Shown piece after piece: positions 50,803 to 64,000 of a stretch of DNA of 64,000 bases; position 1 is the first letter of the stretch; each line of letters starts with the position of its first letter. The DNA is from Paraspadella gotoi. Its lineage: Eukaryota; Animalia; Chaetognatha. Made by a program: the position numbers and the translations under genes. The notes beneath the pieces are model-generated. The model did no database searches and was not told the DNA's origin. It saw only the letters and a program-made list of their open reading frames with translations. The DNA lies in contig CM119266.1 in the NCBI GenBank assembly GCA_051294375.1, forward strand, positions 4,710,573-4,774,572. The letters run 5' to 3'.

Positions 50803-51725
50803 CGTGACCAAGTGTCCAGGTTCCAGCGACGACTCGAGGTCTTAATAACCTTCTCTTTCAATTAACATTATTTGACCTGATGAGAAAATAAAGTAAAATG
50901 ACTTACAATTGCAATACGAGAATTATTGAGTCCTGATCTACGCAAATACATGTATAAACAAATAAATAAATAGAGTACAACGTAAGAATGATAAAAATTA
51001 AATACGATGAATGAATTTGAATCTATTGACCTTGCCGGCTAATTGATCATAATTACGATTATTGCGCCTCCCACCAGTCGTAACATGTCTATTCAGTCTA
51101 TTTCAGATTATTGATGTTCTTCTTATTTGTTTTGTTCAGTCAGAAACTGACTGTACGTCACGTGACGCCGGCTGCGTCTCTGCAGCGGCTGGGGATGCGG
51201 AGCGACGGAGCAGCAGCGGAAACCGGCCGCTGTTACTGTTGCGGCGTCGCAGCGTCGGTCGGCTGGTGCTGCAGCGGCGCAGGCGCAGAGACTCGGCGAC
51301 GCATACAAAACATCGCAGGGACACAGTGAGACACGAACGTGTGAATAAAGTGGGGAAAATTGTGAATGAAAAAGTCAAAATTAGACGCGAAAATCAAGCG
51401 TTACGATGATGCTTATCAAAGACGGAATCTGCGATGCAAACGGACGCGTTTTATAACTTTCTCAACTTTTTTGTCGTTAATATTTCGCGTTTCTTAATTA
51501 GCCACCGATGCCGACTGTTCGTGACTCCGTCGACTTGTTGATGTTTAATTAAAAAGCTGGATGGAAAATTAACCATTTCATTAATCATTGTTGAAAAATC
51601 GCCTTCATTTCAATATAGAACACTTGGTTTTATTCCGGAACAAAATCACAAAGACCATCTCGAGTTAAGGGGTCCGTGTCATGACGTTATTCTTCATACA
51701 ACTAATATAATCATTCGCTCTCGAC

Positions 51726-54700
51726 ATGGATCCCGAATCTACGACGCCCGACGAAGTCGTGAGTCTACAGGAAGACGCGGCGGCCGCGGCGGACATAACG
51801 GACGCAACGTTTGACGTTCTCGACGTCCCCGTCTCTAAATCTCTCGTCGCCTCCGCCTCTCAATCGTCGCTTCCCGTGAGCCTCCACGAAGACGAGGGAA
51901 TCCACGCCGAGGAACTCGATTACGAAGAAGATCTGGAGCCGGAGGCGGAGTCGGAGGCGCAGACAGACACTCATCTCGAAATAAAGAAACTAGAGGAGGA
52001 AAGAGAAGAGGATCATCTCAGCGAAGGGGAAGCCCCGCCCAGTGATGGGGAAGCCCCGCTAAGTGACGGGGAAGCCCCGCCCAGTGACGCGGAAGATGGC
52101 GAAACGGAGGCGTCGACCGTGAGTCGCGTGGAGTCTTCGCCAAAGAGAAAAATAGAAGGAGACGAAAGGACAAAAGTTGGATTCTTTAATCGGGTCAAGG
52201 ATGTCGACGACGAGTTTGGGAAGAAACACGAGGAGGAGGAGGAAGAGTACGAGGAAGGAGAAGAAGGAGAAGAAAGCGACGATGATGATCGAAGGAGAGA
52301 GACGAGGAACTCGATCGAAGAGAAGGAGATAGGCTCGAGGAAGAGAGAGAAGGAAGAGGAAGAAGGGGAGGAGAAGGAGGAAGAAGAAGAGGGAGAGGAA
52401 ATGAGCGGAGAAGACGGAGAAATCTTGGACGGCGATGATTGCGAAGAAGGAGAACTCAGAGATCCTGAGGAAGAATCCGACGAATACGAAGTCGACTACG
52501 GAGGTGATGACCAAATTTATGAAAATACAAACATTACAATATTATCCGGTATCCATTAAATTAGCCATCTTGGCCCTGACTTTGGGCAGGCAATGTTGTA
52601 TTGAGGCCTCCATCCCTCTTTCTTCCCTAAACTTTAAATCAATTATTTTCTTTTTTAATCATTTTCAATCTCACTTTATATTCGCTTTACATCTCAACAG
52701 ATCAAATCCCTCGTCACCTCTGTAAGTTCTTCTATCGCGGTAACTGCTCCTTTGGTCGGGACTGCAAATTTCTTCATCCAGGCCTCAACGATCGACCTCG
52801 TTTGCGGCGCCGAGAACGCGTTGCGGCGCCTGCCGATAAGAGCTCCCCCGTGACGGCTCCCGCGCCGCCCGCTCCTCCTGCGCCTCCAGTCAAGGATATG
52901 CGGGAAATGCTGTCGGCGCGAGTCCAGCCGGACGGGGCGCCCTTACCGCCGCCCCCGCCACCCGGTTACGCGCCCCCCGTCGCTCCTATGGAGACGGCGT
53001 GGGAGAGAGGACTCAGGATGGCCAAGGAAAGACTGAAAAAGGCCAAACTCAAACAAGAGACGGATCCTAATCTTGAGGACAAAAAAGCCAACCTCCCGGT
53101 TCTGACTGACGATATCAACACAAGACACATGAAGGACAAGCATTATAGGAGAAGTCTCAGTCCTCTCGGAGCCAAAAAGTAAGTTCTTCGGCTCAGATCC
53201 TTGCGCAGTTAAATATCTGTTAGGCTTGACCTACTTCATTCTTTAGCCAAAGATTTTTCCGTCCAGTAATGCAGAGTCCAGTAAGAGACATCAGGTAGTC
53301 GAAACAAGTAATCGATTCGATAGACGAGTCACTCCTAGCGGCCAAATAATCTTTTTTTCTTTTTTAGAAGCTTTTTGTACCATATGTCTGAACAGTATCC
53401 AGCCAGAATGTCAAGGTAGCCATATCTAAGTATAACAGCTATTATAACAGTTAAACAAAAGGATATTTAATAATTTCAGTTTCGAAGAGGATTTCTACGA
53501 GCAATCGGCCCGCGAGAGTTACCGCCGACGAAAACGTCTGGAGGAAGAGCAAGAGGAGGCTCGTTATCGTCCTCGCGACGATCGTGCGGACGGGACGCGC
53601 GACCGTGGCGTCGTCGAGGCTCGGGCTTTGAAGGAAAATCGACCGGCGCCACCCGCCGCCGCCTCCGCCAACGTGGCACGAGTCAACGCCGCCGCGAGCA
53701 ACGAAGCTCGTCCTCCGTCCTCTGCTTTGTACGAGGAACGCTCCAAGAAAACGGAGCCGCCCCCGCCGCCACCGCAGCCGCAGCCGCCGCCTCAGCCGAT
53801 GATGCAGAACAAGGACAACCGACATCAGCAGTCGTCGTCGTCGTCTTCGGCGGGAATCGCGGCGAGGCTCGGCGGGTACAGGGATCCCGAGACGAAGGCC
53901 AAAGAAGAGAATCACAGGTTGGGGAATGTTAAAATCTTTTATCAACAATTTAATTGATTTCTTCACTCTTAATTTAGGGTTAGCTATCTTTTAGGGGTAT
54001 GGAATGAATAGTTAATTAGTATATATTTGCTTGTATCCTTATTTTCGCGTATTAAGTTAGAAATTAAATTAACTCTATTTATTTTACAGATATTCTCCGA
54101 AAGAAGAGCGAGAACGGGATGCGCGTTCGAACGGTCCTCGACGTCCCGACGAATGGAACGATCCTTGGATGCGCAAAAAACAAGATGATCTGAAAGCGAA
54201 ACCCAAAGAGGGCGCTCCTGTGGGCCATAAGAGAAGGTCAAAGTCATCTGGGTCAGTCGTTCAATATTAACGATTGTTGACTCTCCATGACTAACGATTT
54301 TGTTCCTTAAATTTTACTTACAGTTCATCGAAAAGTTCCTCTTCGTCGAATTCCAGCTCTTCGTCAGATTCCTCCAGAAGGTATTCATTAATATTTACTT
54401 AAAGTATGATCACAATTTCTAAATCAATTGACTTAATTTTCAGCCGTTTATAAATTCCATTTTCTGTTTAGTCGATCTCGATCAAAGGATAAAAAGAAAG
54501 AGAAAAAGAAAGTGGTCACCCCGAAGGGCACTGCCCCACCACCGCTTCTAGCATCTCATCAACATCAACAACAGCACCAGCATGTATCCAATCAATCGTC
54601 CAATCACCATCCCCAACTTCATCCCCATCCTTCGCCCAAATCGTCCGGCTCGATCCCACCCAACAACGCCTTCGGTGCCGTCCCCAAGCCGACCCCGTTG

Positions 54701-56562
54701 CTCCCATCGCCGGCCAAACCCCATGATCTCCGAGCGGGGACACGCGCCGCCGAACCTAGAGTCGGACCCAGACTAGGAAAGATTCCCAACTGGGAGGGTC
54801 CTTCTACTTTGGCGCCGCCCAAGGAAAAATCCGGTGCTCGAGAGAACGCGGAAGGCGACGCCAACGATAAGTATGTCTTTGACCCAAATCAATTATACTT
54901 ATTTCATTGACTAATCAAAGTAATTCTTTAATCATAATACTTTTTTTTTGTTCCCAGAAAATCATCGGATCGGAGCCGACAGAAAAACCGTTCGGGGGCC
55001 AAACGGGGTTCTCCGTCGTCGTCGTCCACTTCTTCATCGGGATCTTCTTCCTCATCATCATCATCCTCTTCGTCGTCGTCATCGCGTTCCCATTCTCCCA
55101 AAAAGTCGGACGCCAAACAAAGGACGAAGTCAGGCGGAAACGCGGACAACTCTGGCAAAGCGCCTGATGGTTCTCAGCGGCGCCTCAACGGTTGGGGAAA
55201 TGTTAACAATATTTGATTTGACTGACGCTTTTGTTTAAAACTTAATTTGTTTTTTCTTTACCAGATCACCAACCCTCGAAATCATTCTCCGATGCCCGAC
55301 CATCCGCCCGAGATCCCCACCCTTCACCGACAGCCCCGTCCCAATCCGCTCGTCATCGGATGCCGCCCGGCGTCTCTTCGTCCTCTCAAGCTCCGGCGAC
55401 GCGCCCCCCTCTCCTAAATCATCCTCTTCCTCTTCTCAGTCATCCTCTTCCTCTTCACGCCCAGAGACCTCAAGACGATCGTCACAGACGGCACGACGAT
55501 CGGGGCCCGCCTCCGCCGCCGCGTCATCACGAGGAGCAACGCCCTCCGTCGCCGCCCTCGCAAAACGATTCCCGTTCGCGGCGTCGCGATCGCGCGCCGG
55601 AGCAGGGTCCGGCGCCGCTGCCATCCCTCGCGCAGAGGAACGAGAAGAGGGCGCCGGCGCGTGAGGAGCGCGACGTTCGAGACGATCGTCAACATCGCGA
55701 TTCGAAGCCGCCGTCGCAACCGCCACCTCTCATGGGCATCGGTCGGAGGGAAGAGAGGAAAGAGGAGCTCAAGCCTTTGATCAAGAATTCTTCATCGGCG
55801 ATCAAGCTTACTTTGAATTCGGTAAGTATTTACAGACAGCTCATTGTTTGTTTGTTTTTTCTGTGTACGACTACATGAGTTGTTTATTTTTGGACGGACG
55901 TTGTTCATTTGTTTTAATTTTAAATCTGACGCTTTTCTCGCTAGTCTCGACCGAAAAAAGCCAACGTCTTTGGCAACGTGGACGACGAGAGCCCGGAACG
56001 CGATCGACGCGAGAAGAAAAAACGGGATCTTCACGCGCATCTGCGTCACGACGCGGCGCACATGCCTCAGCCCGATTTCGGTCGTCAGAAGGAGCTGCGC
56101 GACGAGATTCGAAAGCGGGGCGCTGAGGAGGATTCCGCGTCGGGACCTGGGGCAAAGAAACCCAAGATGCCCGAAGGTAATGGAAAAGGAAAAAGAAAAC
56201 GGTGAAGAACATAAAAAACGAAGAAAATCTATTTATAGATGTCGTTTTTTATTTCTCCATTCACAGATCGCAAAGGTCTTCAATCCGGGTCGTCGGCGTC
56301 CAGATCATTGACGAAGAAATCAGCGCCATCTTCCTCCGGATCCTCGTCCGGCACACGACTCTCGGCGAACCCGTCGTCCGCTGGCGGCAAAAACGAGGAT
56401 CGCCAGAGGAACGGCGCCAAAGATGGAAACGAGAAAAAAGCCGACCCCGGCGGCGCTAAACAAAAGAGCGCCGCCGCCTCCAGGCGCGAGGAATTGCTTA
56501 AGCAGCTCAAAGCGGTCGAGGACGCTATTCAAAGAAAAAGGGTGAAAGTCGTGGAAAAGTAA
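51726..56562 (+). CDS. ZC3H18: Zinc finger CCCH domain-containing protein 18, multi-exon
   Basis: Acidic N-terminus (EELDY, EEGEL); CKFFYRGNCSFGRDCKFLHPGLND; ETAWERGLRMAKE; WNDPWMR; IKLTL; C-terminal SRREELLKQLKAVEDAIQRKR. Confidence 0.9.
52022..52090 (+). repeat. Coding 21-bp tandem repeat x3 (S[ED]GEAP[PL])
   Basis: GGGGAAGCCCCGCCCAGTGAY-like units within ZC3H18 exon 1. Confidence 0.85.
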
Positions 56563-57288
56563 CGAATCAATTGTTACCTGATTTTATTTCGATTTTTTAA
56601 AAAAGAAACCATTCCCTTGGATTTAATTGGCGCTCTGTCTCCCTCACACATCCCTAGTTCTCTAAAATCTTCCATCGCCGTTTTAATTCTTAACGAAAAA
56701 CTGTTTGAGGCGATAATGTGTGGTTTTTGTAATTAATTGGTAGTAAGGAAATGATGAAATTGCTATCTCTCTTTTTCCCTCTATGTATCAGCTCGATTTT
56801 TTTTTCAATGACGTCACTTTTCAAAAAATTTTGTTTTCAGTCACGAGTTTACGTTAACGTCTTATGGCTAACGTATTGTTTCATTTATCAAGAAATACAT
56901 CAAGACATTTTCACTCCAGTTAAATTTCAAAAGTTTATTTTTTTAAATAGTTCCCGATTAATTTAGTTAGTGGATGACGTTACAGTTAACTAAATCAGTA
57001 ATCACTATCGCAGCGGGCATAATTTGTTTGGAAAAATTGGTGTTTTTGTAATAAACTTTTTCGTTAAATATATATATTTATTTTCACCTAGTTTAAATCT
57101 TATCGAAAAAAGAAAATGAGAGAAGAACAGGTAAAATTTGATTCAATCGATGCTGTAAATCGAGAGAATTTGATACGTGGACGATTGATAATTGATCCTT
57201 ATCTGAAAAAGAAAAATTGTGTCGGAGTCAAATGCCAAAAACAACCTTTTTTACGAATAAAGAGCCAAGTTTTAAAAGATAAACCATC

Positions 57289-59373
57289 ATGTCGAACCTG
57301 TTGACCAGTTTTTCGGATCTTCTCGGAGCGTTCTCCGAGCATCAATATCTTGACGATGGATTCGACCGAGCCAACAGAATCTACGCTCCCGTGATATTAA
57401 TGATCAGCGCTTCTCTCTTGGGAATCATTCAGTTTTTCGGGGATCCGATTGAGGTTCTTCAATGATTAACTGGTTTAAACTTTAATTGATTATTAATTGA
57501 TTATGATAACCGCCGGTAAGTTATTATTTCCAGTGCACCCAAGACCATCTTGACGCGACGGCCGACGAAAAATACATCAAAACTTTCTGTTGGGCGAACG
57601 GAACTTACGACATTCAAACGAACGAGCGCTTATCCTACTATCAATGGGTTCCCGTAGTTTTGGCGCTTCAGGTTTTTTGATAAAAGATTATTTTTGGTTA
57701 TTCGGTTTTGTTTCAAAGACCTGCTATGACATCATAATACTTAAAAGGCATTCTTCTTCCAACTTCCGTACGTATGCTGGTCATCTCTCTCTCGCGGCAG
57801 CGGTTTGAACTTACCATCTTTGATGAAAGGAGCCTTCAACCTCACCGAAGTTCAGGATGAAGAAGGAAAGAGGACTCTGTTTTGTGACGAAGTGTCCTAC
57901 CTCATGGATGGATATTTCAAACGCAACATTATTAAAACGCGTAAAACGTGGAAGAAGAAAAGTCTTCACAATTTGACGCTGTGCTATTTGGCGTCGAAGG
58001 TTCTTATATTCCTCTCAATCTAAAATGATAATTTGATAACGTAGTACTATGGTTTTTTATCACGCCAGACTGGCGAATGCCCGACTTGGGCGAGATATTA
58101 ATTTGTTTGCTACTTTTGACCGTTGTCATCATCACGCTGTTTTAACATTAAAAATAGCTTAGTGTGTAATCGTAGGAAGCTGAAAATTTATTAATTTTCT
58201 TTGATAGTAACGTCTGGCGAGATTACTATACTTTTAAGATTTGTAAGTTTTATGTTATTCACTTTATCATTTTCAATATTTTTACATTTATTAACGTTAA
58301 AAACTTTTCCAGGTCCTTTATCTCATCAACCTCATCTTTCAACTTGTGATGATAGACGAATTTTTGAATCGGAATTTGTACGGCTACGCATTCAGCAGCG
58401 TTTTCGGCATTCTGGCCAAAGCTGAATGGGTGCCTTCGGGTCGCTTTCCGTTGCTCGCCAAGTGCAGGTCTTTTTACTGTCACGTTGATTGCGCATTCAT
58501 CAGCCGAACTGAAAACATTAGAAATTTCCTTCTCCTTCGATGACCAACCAGATTCTACAACAAACTTCGCGACGTTAATGACGAAGAAAATACGAAAGAA
58601 CAACTCTGCACTCTGCCTCTTAATTTATACAATGAAAAAGTAAATATACACTCGACACGAGCACTGTATGTCTGACACGTGTCTTGTACCATGCACGCGT
58701 ATTATTTCATTTAAAATTTTTGGATATTGTTTCAAATCTCACGTCGTGATCCCAAAATTCTTTTTCAGGTTTTCGCTGGCGTTACGCTGATGCTCATATT
58801 CCTAACTATTTGTGTGACTCTGAGTCTCGCTCTCTGGATCGTTCGAATATTTATCCCCAGCGTCAAGGAAAAGCTTGTTGTCAACATCCTATCATCACCA
58901 GCGGAACGACTCGATCTTATTTACAGGTCGAAGATGCTCAAAATGCTGCGGTTAATTGATTGCCGATGTTAACAATTTCAAACCAGGACTTCTTTTTATT
59001 GTAAACTAACTTGACCCAATAGACTATAGAGATAGCTTGAATGGGTTTTATTTACCTCAATCGCGAAAGGTTTTCGCGCGCCTACCTCCGAACGGACGGG
59101 CTGCTGGTCTTGAAGCTGATCCGTCTCAACATGGGCGTCAACACCGCCAACGAAGTCGTCGTCAACCTCTTCGCTCGTTTTAAGAAGCTTCAAGAAACTC
59201 ACAGCTACGAGGAGACGGATTCGGACAACGACCAGAGGAACCCGTCGGAGAAGTCGACCGATTTCGCTGTTTATCCAATCGATGACGTCGACGCGAAAGT
59301 TGTAAAGCCTCTCGCCGAAAATGGCGGGATAAGATCGCCATTCGAGATAATTAACAGACCTAAATCAAAATAA
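57289..59373 (+). CDS. Innexin (gap junction/pannexin family), multi-exon
   Basis: DDGFDRANR; QFFGDPIE|C; FCW; YYQWVP signature; FPLLAKC; LCTLPLNLYNEK|VF; YLRTDGLLVLKLI. Confidence 0.93.
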
Positions 59374-62300
59374 ATTTGATATTCGCTCGATTCTACTTTT
59401 CTAATTCTACTTCTGTTAAAGTTTTTGTTGAATTTTTTCTACGTTAAGTTTTATACTGTAATAATAAATTGGAAAAATTAGATTTCATTACTACTTTGTT
59501 TCCTTTTTAATTTAGCTAAAATTTTCGAGTCACCTCTTTTTTATACGAAGAATGTTCACATTGTTCTATTTCTAAACTTGTTTCTAAATTTGTTTACGTG
59601 AAACCGAAAATAATTTAGGATGTAAAGCGAGCTTGGATTTTGTCAAACGCATATAAAAAGTCACTAATAACAGTACTAATAATACTAAGAAATTATTCCT
59701 CTCCATTCTTCATTTGTACATAGTCAATCAATGAGTTGAGTTAATCATTATAAATCTTCAATTATTTAAAGTTTTCCCCATTTTTTTCACATCTGTCGAC
59801 GAATCTTTATTTTTATCAAAATTTACACTTCGCTAATTACGATAAATTATAAAAGTAACACCGACGGACCGCGGCCACGTTTTACTTCTATTATTTACAA
59901 TGCAAACAATTTCTGAAATTTCAACTCCGTCCACTGTGACCCAGAACATTTTTTTTCAACCTCTAATCAGCGAAATTCTGTGTCGAGTTACGCGGTTCAC
60001 ATGACAAGTAGTTTCCGATGAGGAAAAGCTCAGAGGAGGACGTAAATGAGGAGGAGGATGTCGTTGTTATCGACGACAGGAGGATCGGGGGAAAAAAATC
60101 GGGGAGGAAGCAAAAGAGCAGACGCCTGGCAATGCAGGTCCTATTTGGTCGAGTAGCACAACTGACAACAATTTTCGCGAATTTTGCCATCGCGACCTAA
60201 TTTTTCACCGGCGACGTCTTCGAACGTGTGGGGAAGGTCGAATTTTCGTATCGTATTTTATTTAATTTTAAACGATTCTAGTCTAAAACGGATTAACATC
60301 TTGACGCCTGCTTATCAATTTGGATCTACACAAGTAATAAACGTCATAAATCGTGGATTTCCATGAGCAAACGCCCATAAATAACCGGATAAGGCTTTTC
60401 AGGGTCGAGGAAAGCGCTACGCCCACTTTTTCTTGCGAAATCGTTTTAAAAATCTAAAATTCTTTGGTTATTCGCTTGCCTTTTGTTTTTCCATTCTATT
60501 TCCGTAATCAAAACAATATTATATAATTATTATCTTTTAGGAAAAACTTTCCTTAAACATTAGTTTTTGAAATATACATATTTATTTTATCAATTTTATT
60601 CTTGATATTATATATAAGAAACGAGTTCAGGATATTTTTTTTTGTTATTAACTTTGTAATTGTTTTCTTTAAAATTCAAAATTATTTCTATCTTTTTTCT
60701 TATATCTCAGTAAATTTTTGTAATTCTGGAGAGTTAATCTAAGGAAATTAAAGGTTAAGGATGACGTTTGCTGTTGAAGTAGTTAATAACTAGTTATAAA
60801 ACTAAATATCTTGAGATTAAATTGTTTCTAAAAATGATAATGATAATTACAGTCACATTAGTCTTGTCTTTTATATCTCCGAAAACTTGAACATTTTAAA
60901 AGCTTCTTATGTCTAATATTAGATAATTTTTAATACTTGTAAGTTACATAACAGTTCAGAGAATTGATAACGAAAATATTTCTAAGTTTAAAGTTTTTTT
61001 CCCTCTGGACTTGGTGTCAGTCTAGTAATTTTCTCAAGCCACTTTATTGGTATATGTTAGATTTCTTATGTTGCTATCCTCTTGAATTTATTTCCATTTT
61101 CTATTAGTCACATTTTTGCTGTCTAAGCCTTTTTAATAATTGCTGCGTCCCTCGCCGTTTTTCCCGCTCAAATAGTCGCGACTCCAAACCGTCAAACACA
61201 AATACTTTTTTTCAGCGAAAGTTAAATCTATTAATAAATTTTAAAGGATTAATTTATTTCGCCTCACTGTAAAATGTAAATTGTACAATGTACAATTATA
61301 CCATTGAGGCGACTTACCACCGGTCTTTCTCTCTAAACCCTTCCTCCTTCGTCTTCTACACCATTTTCTCTCGCGCTCCGACGTGGTAGGTATTAGGTAG
61401 GTAATAAATATTTTCTACTTTTTAAAAGTTTCACTTACATCTGACCTCAATCCTTGAACGAATATAGGATAATAGGTTATGTATTTCATGATGTTAGAAG
61501 AGAAGAATATTTTTAAAATTGTAATCAATCTTTTTCCAAAATAGTCCGTCTTACTTGTATTTTTTTTTACCTTTCCGTTTTCACTTTCGTTGGTTCAGGA
61601 AAATAGTGCTGTGTCAGTATGATTGATAAAACAAGAATTGATTTGATAATCATGTATAATTGAACAATCGGTATCTTTCCTAATTTATATTGGGATCGGT
61701 TTTCAAAAAAATCGTAATTATCAAAGTAAAAGTCACTGTCGTGATTAATTAATTGTCACAAAAAATGGTATCACCGAAATTTCTCTTACTATCTTATAGT
61801 TCTGCCGGTCCTAATGTTAGGGGGCAAACCTTACGGAGCTCCTCACGGCTCGAATATTCTTTAAAAGTGGTTTGATTCATTTTATATTTCTTATCTTTAT
61901 ATTAGTATACTTATACTATATAATAAACTATATTAGTATATTCTCATTTCTTTCTAAATGACGTTTTTCTTTCTTTGCTTTGAAACTTTTTGAGTCTTTC
62001 CAATATGTTATACTTAAATTAGCCTTAATTAAACTACTACTTAATACTCACACTATTCAATCTTCTTCATCCAACCAAATACCTGGAGTCATAACTAACT
62101 TCCACTTGAACAGTTTCTCAATTTCCAACTCAATTATTACATTTTGCTATTTTGGCTCAATTTTTTAAAAAAATTAAACATTAAATTCGCAATAAAGACT
62201 GTTTGATACATATTTCACCTCACGTAAATTGTATTTTTTAAACTAACATAATTAAATCCATGACAAAATAACAAAACAGTCTGTGATAAGCTGGCTCAAT

Positions 62301-62721
62301 TTGTATAAGTGTCTTAAAAAATCATCTAGGAAGTACGAAAATGTTTCCTAATATTGATTGCCGACTATATAATTTATAAATAAAGTTTTTCATTCTCTAA
62401 ATAAAAGTAATAATGAAGAAGACTACGTCTACCGACGGAAAAAATGAAGTGAAATGAATAATAAATACCGATAATAATTATTATCAAGTTTATCCTTTTT
62501 ATTGTACAATGAGCTGAGGGGAGAATTAGAAATACTATAAAATTCACAATACACACGAAAAAATTTAGCCGGGATTTTGAAATCACGAGGCCCACATTGA
62601 AAAAGAATTGTTTTCCAGTCTCCTAGAACCTTAGCTATTAGCAGAGATTCAAGAAAAGGAAACTATGTAAAGAAGATTATTTAGAATCCGGAGGGATATT
62701 TAAAACATTCCAACATTCCCG

Positions 62722-63960
62722 TCACTTGGCGACTTTTCCGTTTCCAGTCGGCGTCAAGAGCGGCGCTGAAGACCTCGATGCTTCGTCGAGGTCATCGAGA
62801 TCGGATTCCGCGGAGACGGAGACGAAGACGTCCTCGTCCACCGATGGTTTCGCCGAGAGTCTCTTCGCAGCGTCAGGAGAAGCAGCAGTTCCGCCGCCGC
62901 CGCGATTAATGCTGGCCTGCCGTTCCAGCGTCGTCGCCTTTCGCGCCGCCTCGTAGTCCGACGCTCGTATCTTCAGCATCTGCACCTCGGACGTGGGACG
63001 CAGGGAAAAGTCGGGCACGTATCGCGGAACGGCTCGAGGAGAGTTGGCTCTTCCGGCGCCTTTCTCGACGCCCAAAGCGTCCGCGCCGAAAAAACTGAAA
63101 GGTCCCGTCTCGAAAACGAGGCTCTCGTTGCCGATGCAGACCTCGACGCTTCCTTGAAGGACGAGAGCGAAGAAGTCGCTCGGAACGCCTCGTTCGTAGA
63201 CGAAGCTCGGCCTCGCCGGATCGAACCCGACGTCCACCACCAGGCGCGGTTGCTTGATCAGGCGACGCAGCACATTGGCCGATAGACGCGTTTCGCGAAA
63301 CGGATCCACGTTGGCCGAAAGGAATTGGAAGACGGCTAGAGAGAGTTGAGGCGTGAGGCGCGGAGCGGCCTCTCCGTCATCGTCGTTGTTGAAGGCGGTA
63401 AAGTCGGTCCGCGCCGGTGCGGACCGTCGAGCCTTTCGACGATTGTCCGTGACGACGTCCGTCTCATCGAGGATCTCCGCTTGGATGATTTCCTCGATGA
63501 CGTCTTCAAGAGTCACGATGCCCAACATGTTGTCCGTCGTCGGTTTTGGCATCGTCGAGTCAGATTCTGATTTTGAGTCTTTCCCGTTCTTTTTCTTCTC
63601 CGACTTTTCGTCCTTTTTAGCGGATTTTCCGTCGGCCTTTTCTTCGGCCTCCACGGCGACGGACGAGAACACGACTCCGTCCACCGCGTCAGTGGGCGCG
63701 CCCGCTTTTTTATCCTCTTCGGGACTCGGCACCTCCGTTTCGACCACAACTGCCATGTGGCACTTGCCCTTTTTGAACTCCTCCAGCATGTCGTCCAGTT
63801 TGGTCGATTTTCGGACGGGGATCAGCTGGTGTTGGTAAAAGTCGCAGATGGTCTTCAAGGGGATGCAGTCGTCCGGGTCGACGAAGGCCAAGTCTTTGAT
63901 GCTGAGAAGCCAACGGACGTCCGTGGTCTCGGGTTCGTAGACGGGAATTCGAGAATATCC
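62722..63960 (-). CDS. CNNM: CNNM/cyclin-M metal transporter, last exon (CBS pair + CNBH domain); gene continues beyond the window
   Basis: [25 protein letters not shown]; [13 protein letters not shown]; [22 protein letters not shown]; [21 protein letters not shown]; YVPDFS. Confidence 0.95.
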   Translation of the reverse strand, partial: GYSRIPVYEPETTDVRWLLSIKDLAFVDPDDCIPLKTICDFYQHQLIPVRKSTKLDDMLEEFKKGKCHMAVVVETEVPSPEEDKKAGAPTDAVDGVVFSSVAVEAEEKADGKSAKKDEKSEKKKNGKDSKSESDSTMPKPTTDNMLGIVTLEDVIEEIIQAEILDETDVVTDNRRKARRSAPARTDFTAFNNDDDGEAAPRLTPQLSLAVFQFLSANVDPFRETRLSANVLRRLIKQPRLVVDVGFDPARPSFVYERGVPSDFFALVLQGSVEVCIGNESLVFETGPFSFFGADALGVEKGAGRANSPRAVPRYVPDFSLRPTSEVQMLKIRASDYEAARKATTLERQASINRGGGGTAASPDAAKRLSAKPSVDEDVFVSVSAESDLDDLDEASRSSAPLLTPTGNGKVAK

Positions 63961-64000
63961 CTGGCGATTTAGTTGGGGGCATTCACGATTTATTGTTTAA

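Noticed and set aside
60461-60482. miR-9-like TCTTTGGTTAT
   Set aside because: Match ends after 11 nt and no precursor hairpin is visible

Overview
Gene-dense, intron-rich eukaryotic DNA from a compact-genome invertebrate animal (GC/CpG-rich exons, AT-rich introns, many only 55-100 nt). The innexin, C1q, GABPA and germ cell-less genes indicate a metazoan, but the species cannot be assigned from sequence alone. Genes in order: 3' end of alpha-tubulin (+), LZTFL1 (-), eIF4B (+), importin-4 (+) with a C1q-domain gene nested antisense in a 4-kb intron, HSD17B4/MFE-2 (-), RPN2 (-), GABPA (-), LRRC59 (-), germ cell-less (-), AGTRAP (+, absent from the ORF track), a BTB-zinc-finger gene (-), ZC3H18 (+), an innexin (+) and the last exon of a CNNM (-). 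Most notable: (i) a phase-consistent alternative exon path in eIF4B that would give an RRM protein with a C-terminal hydrophobic helix; (ii) minimal hammerhead-ribozyme motifs, sense to the host, in GABPA and RPN2 introns, one inside a ~128-bp inverted repeat and one inside a TIR element; (iii) an apparent +1 frameshift in the GABPA pointed domain; (iv) very tight co-oriented gene packing with an orphan splice acceptor. Gene models were spliced and identified by eye from remembered family motifs; no database searches were run.
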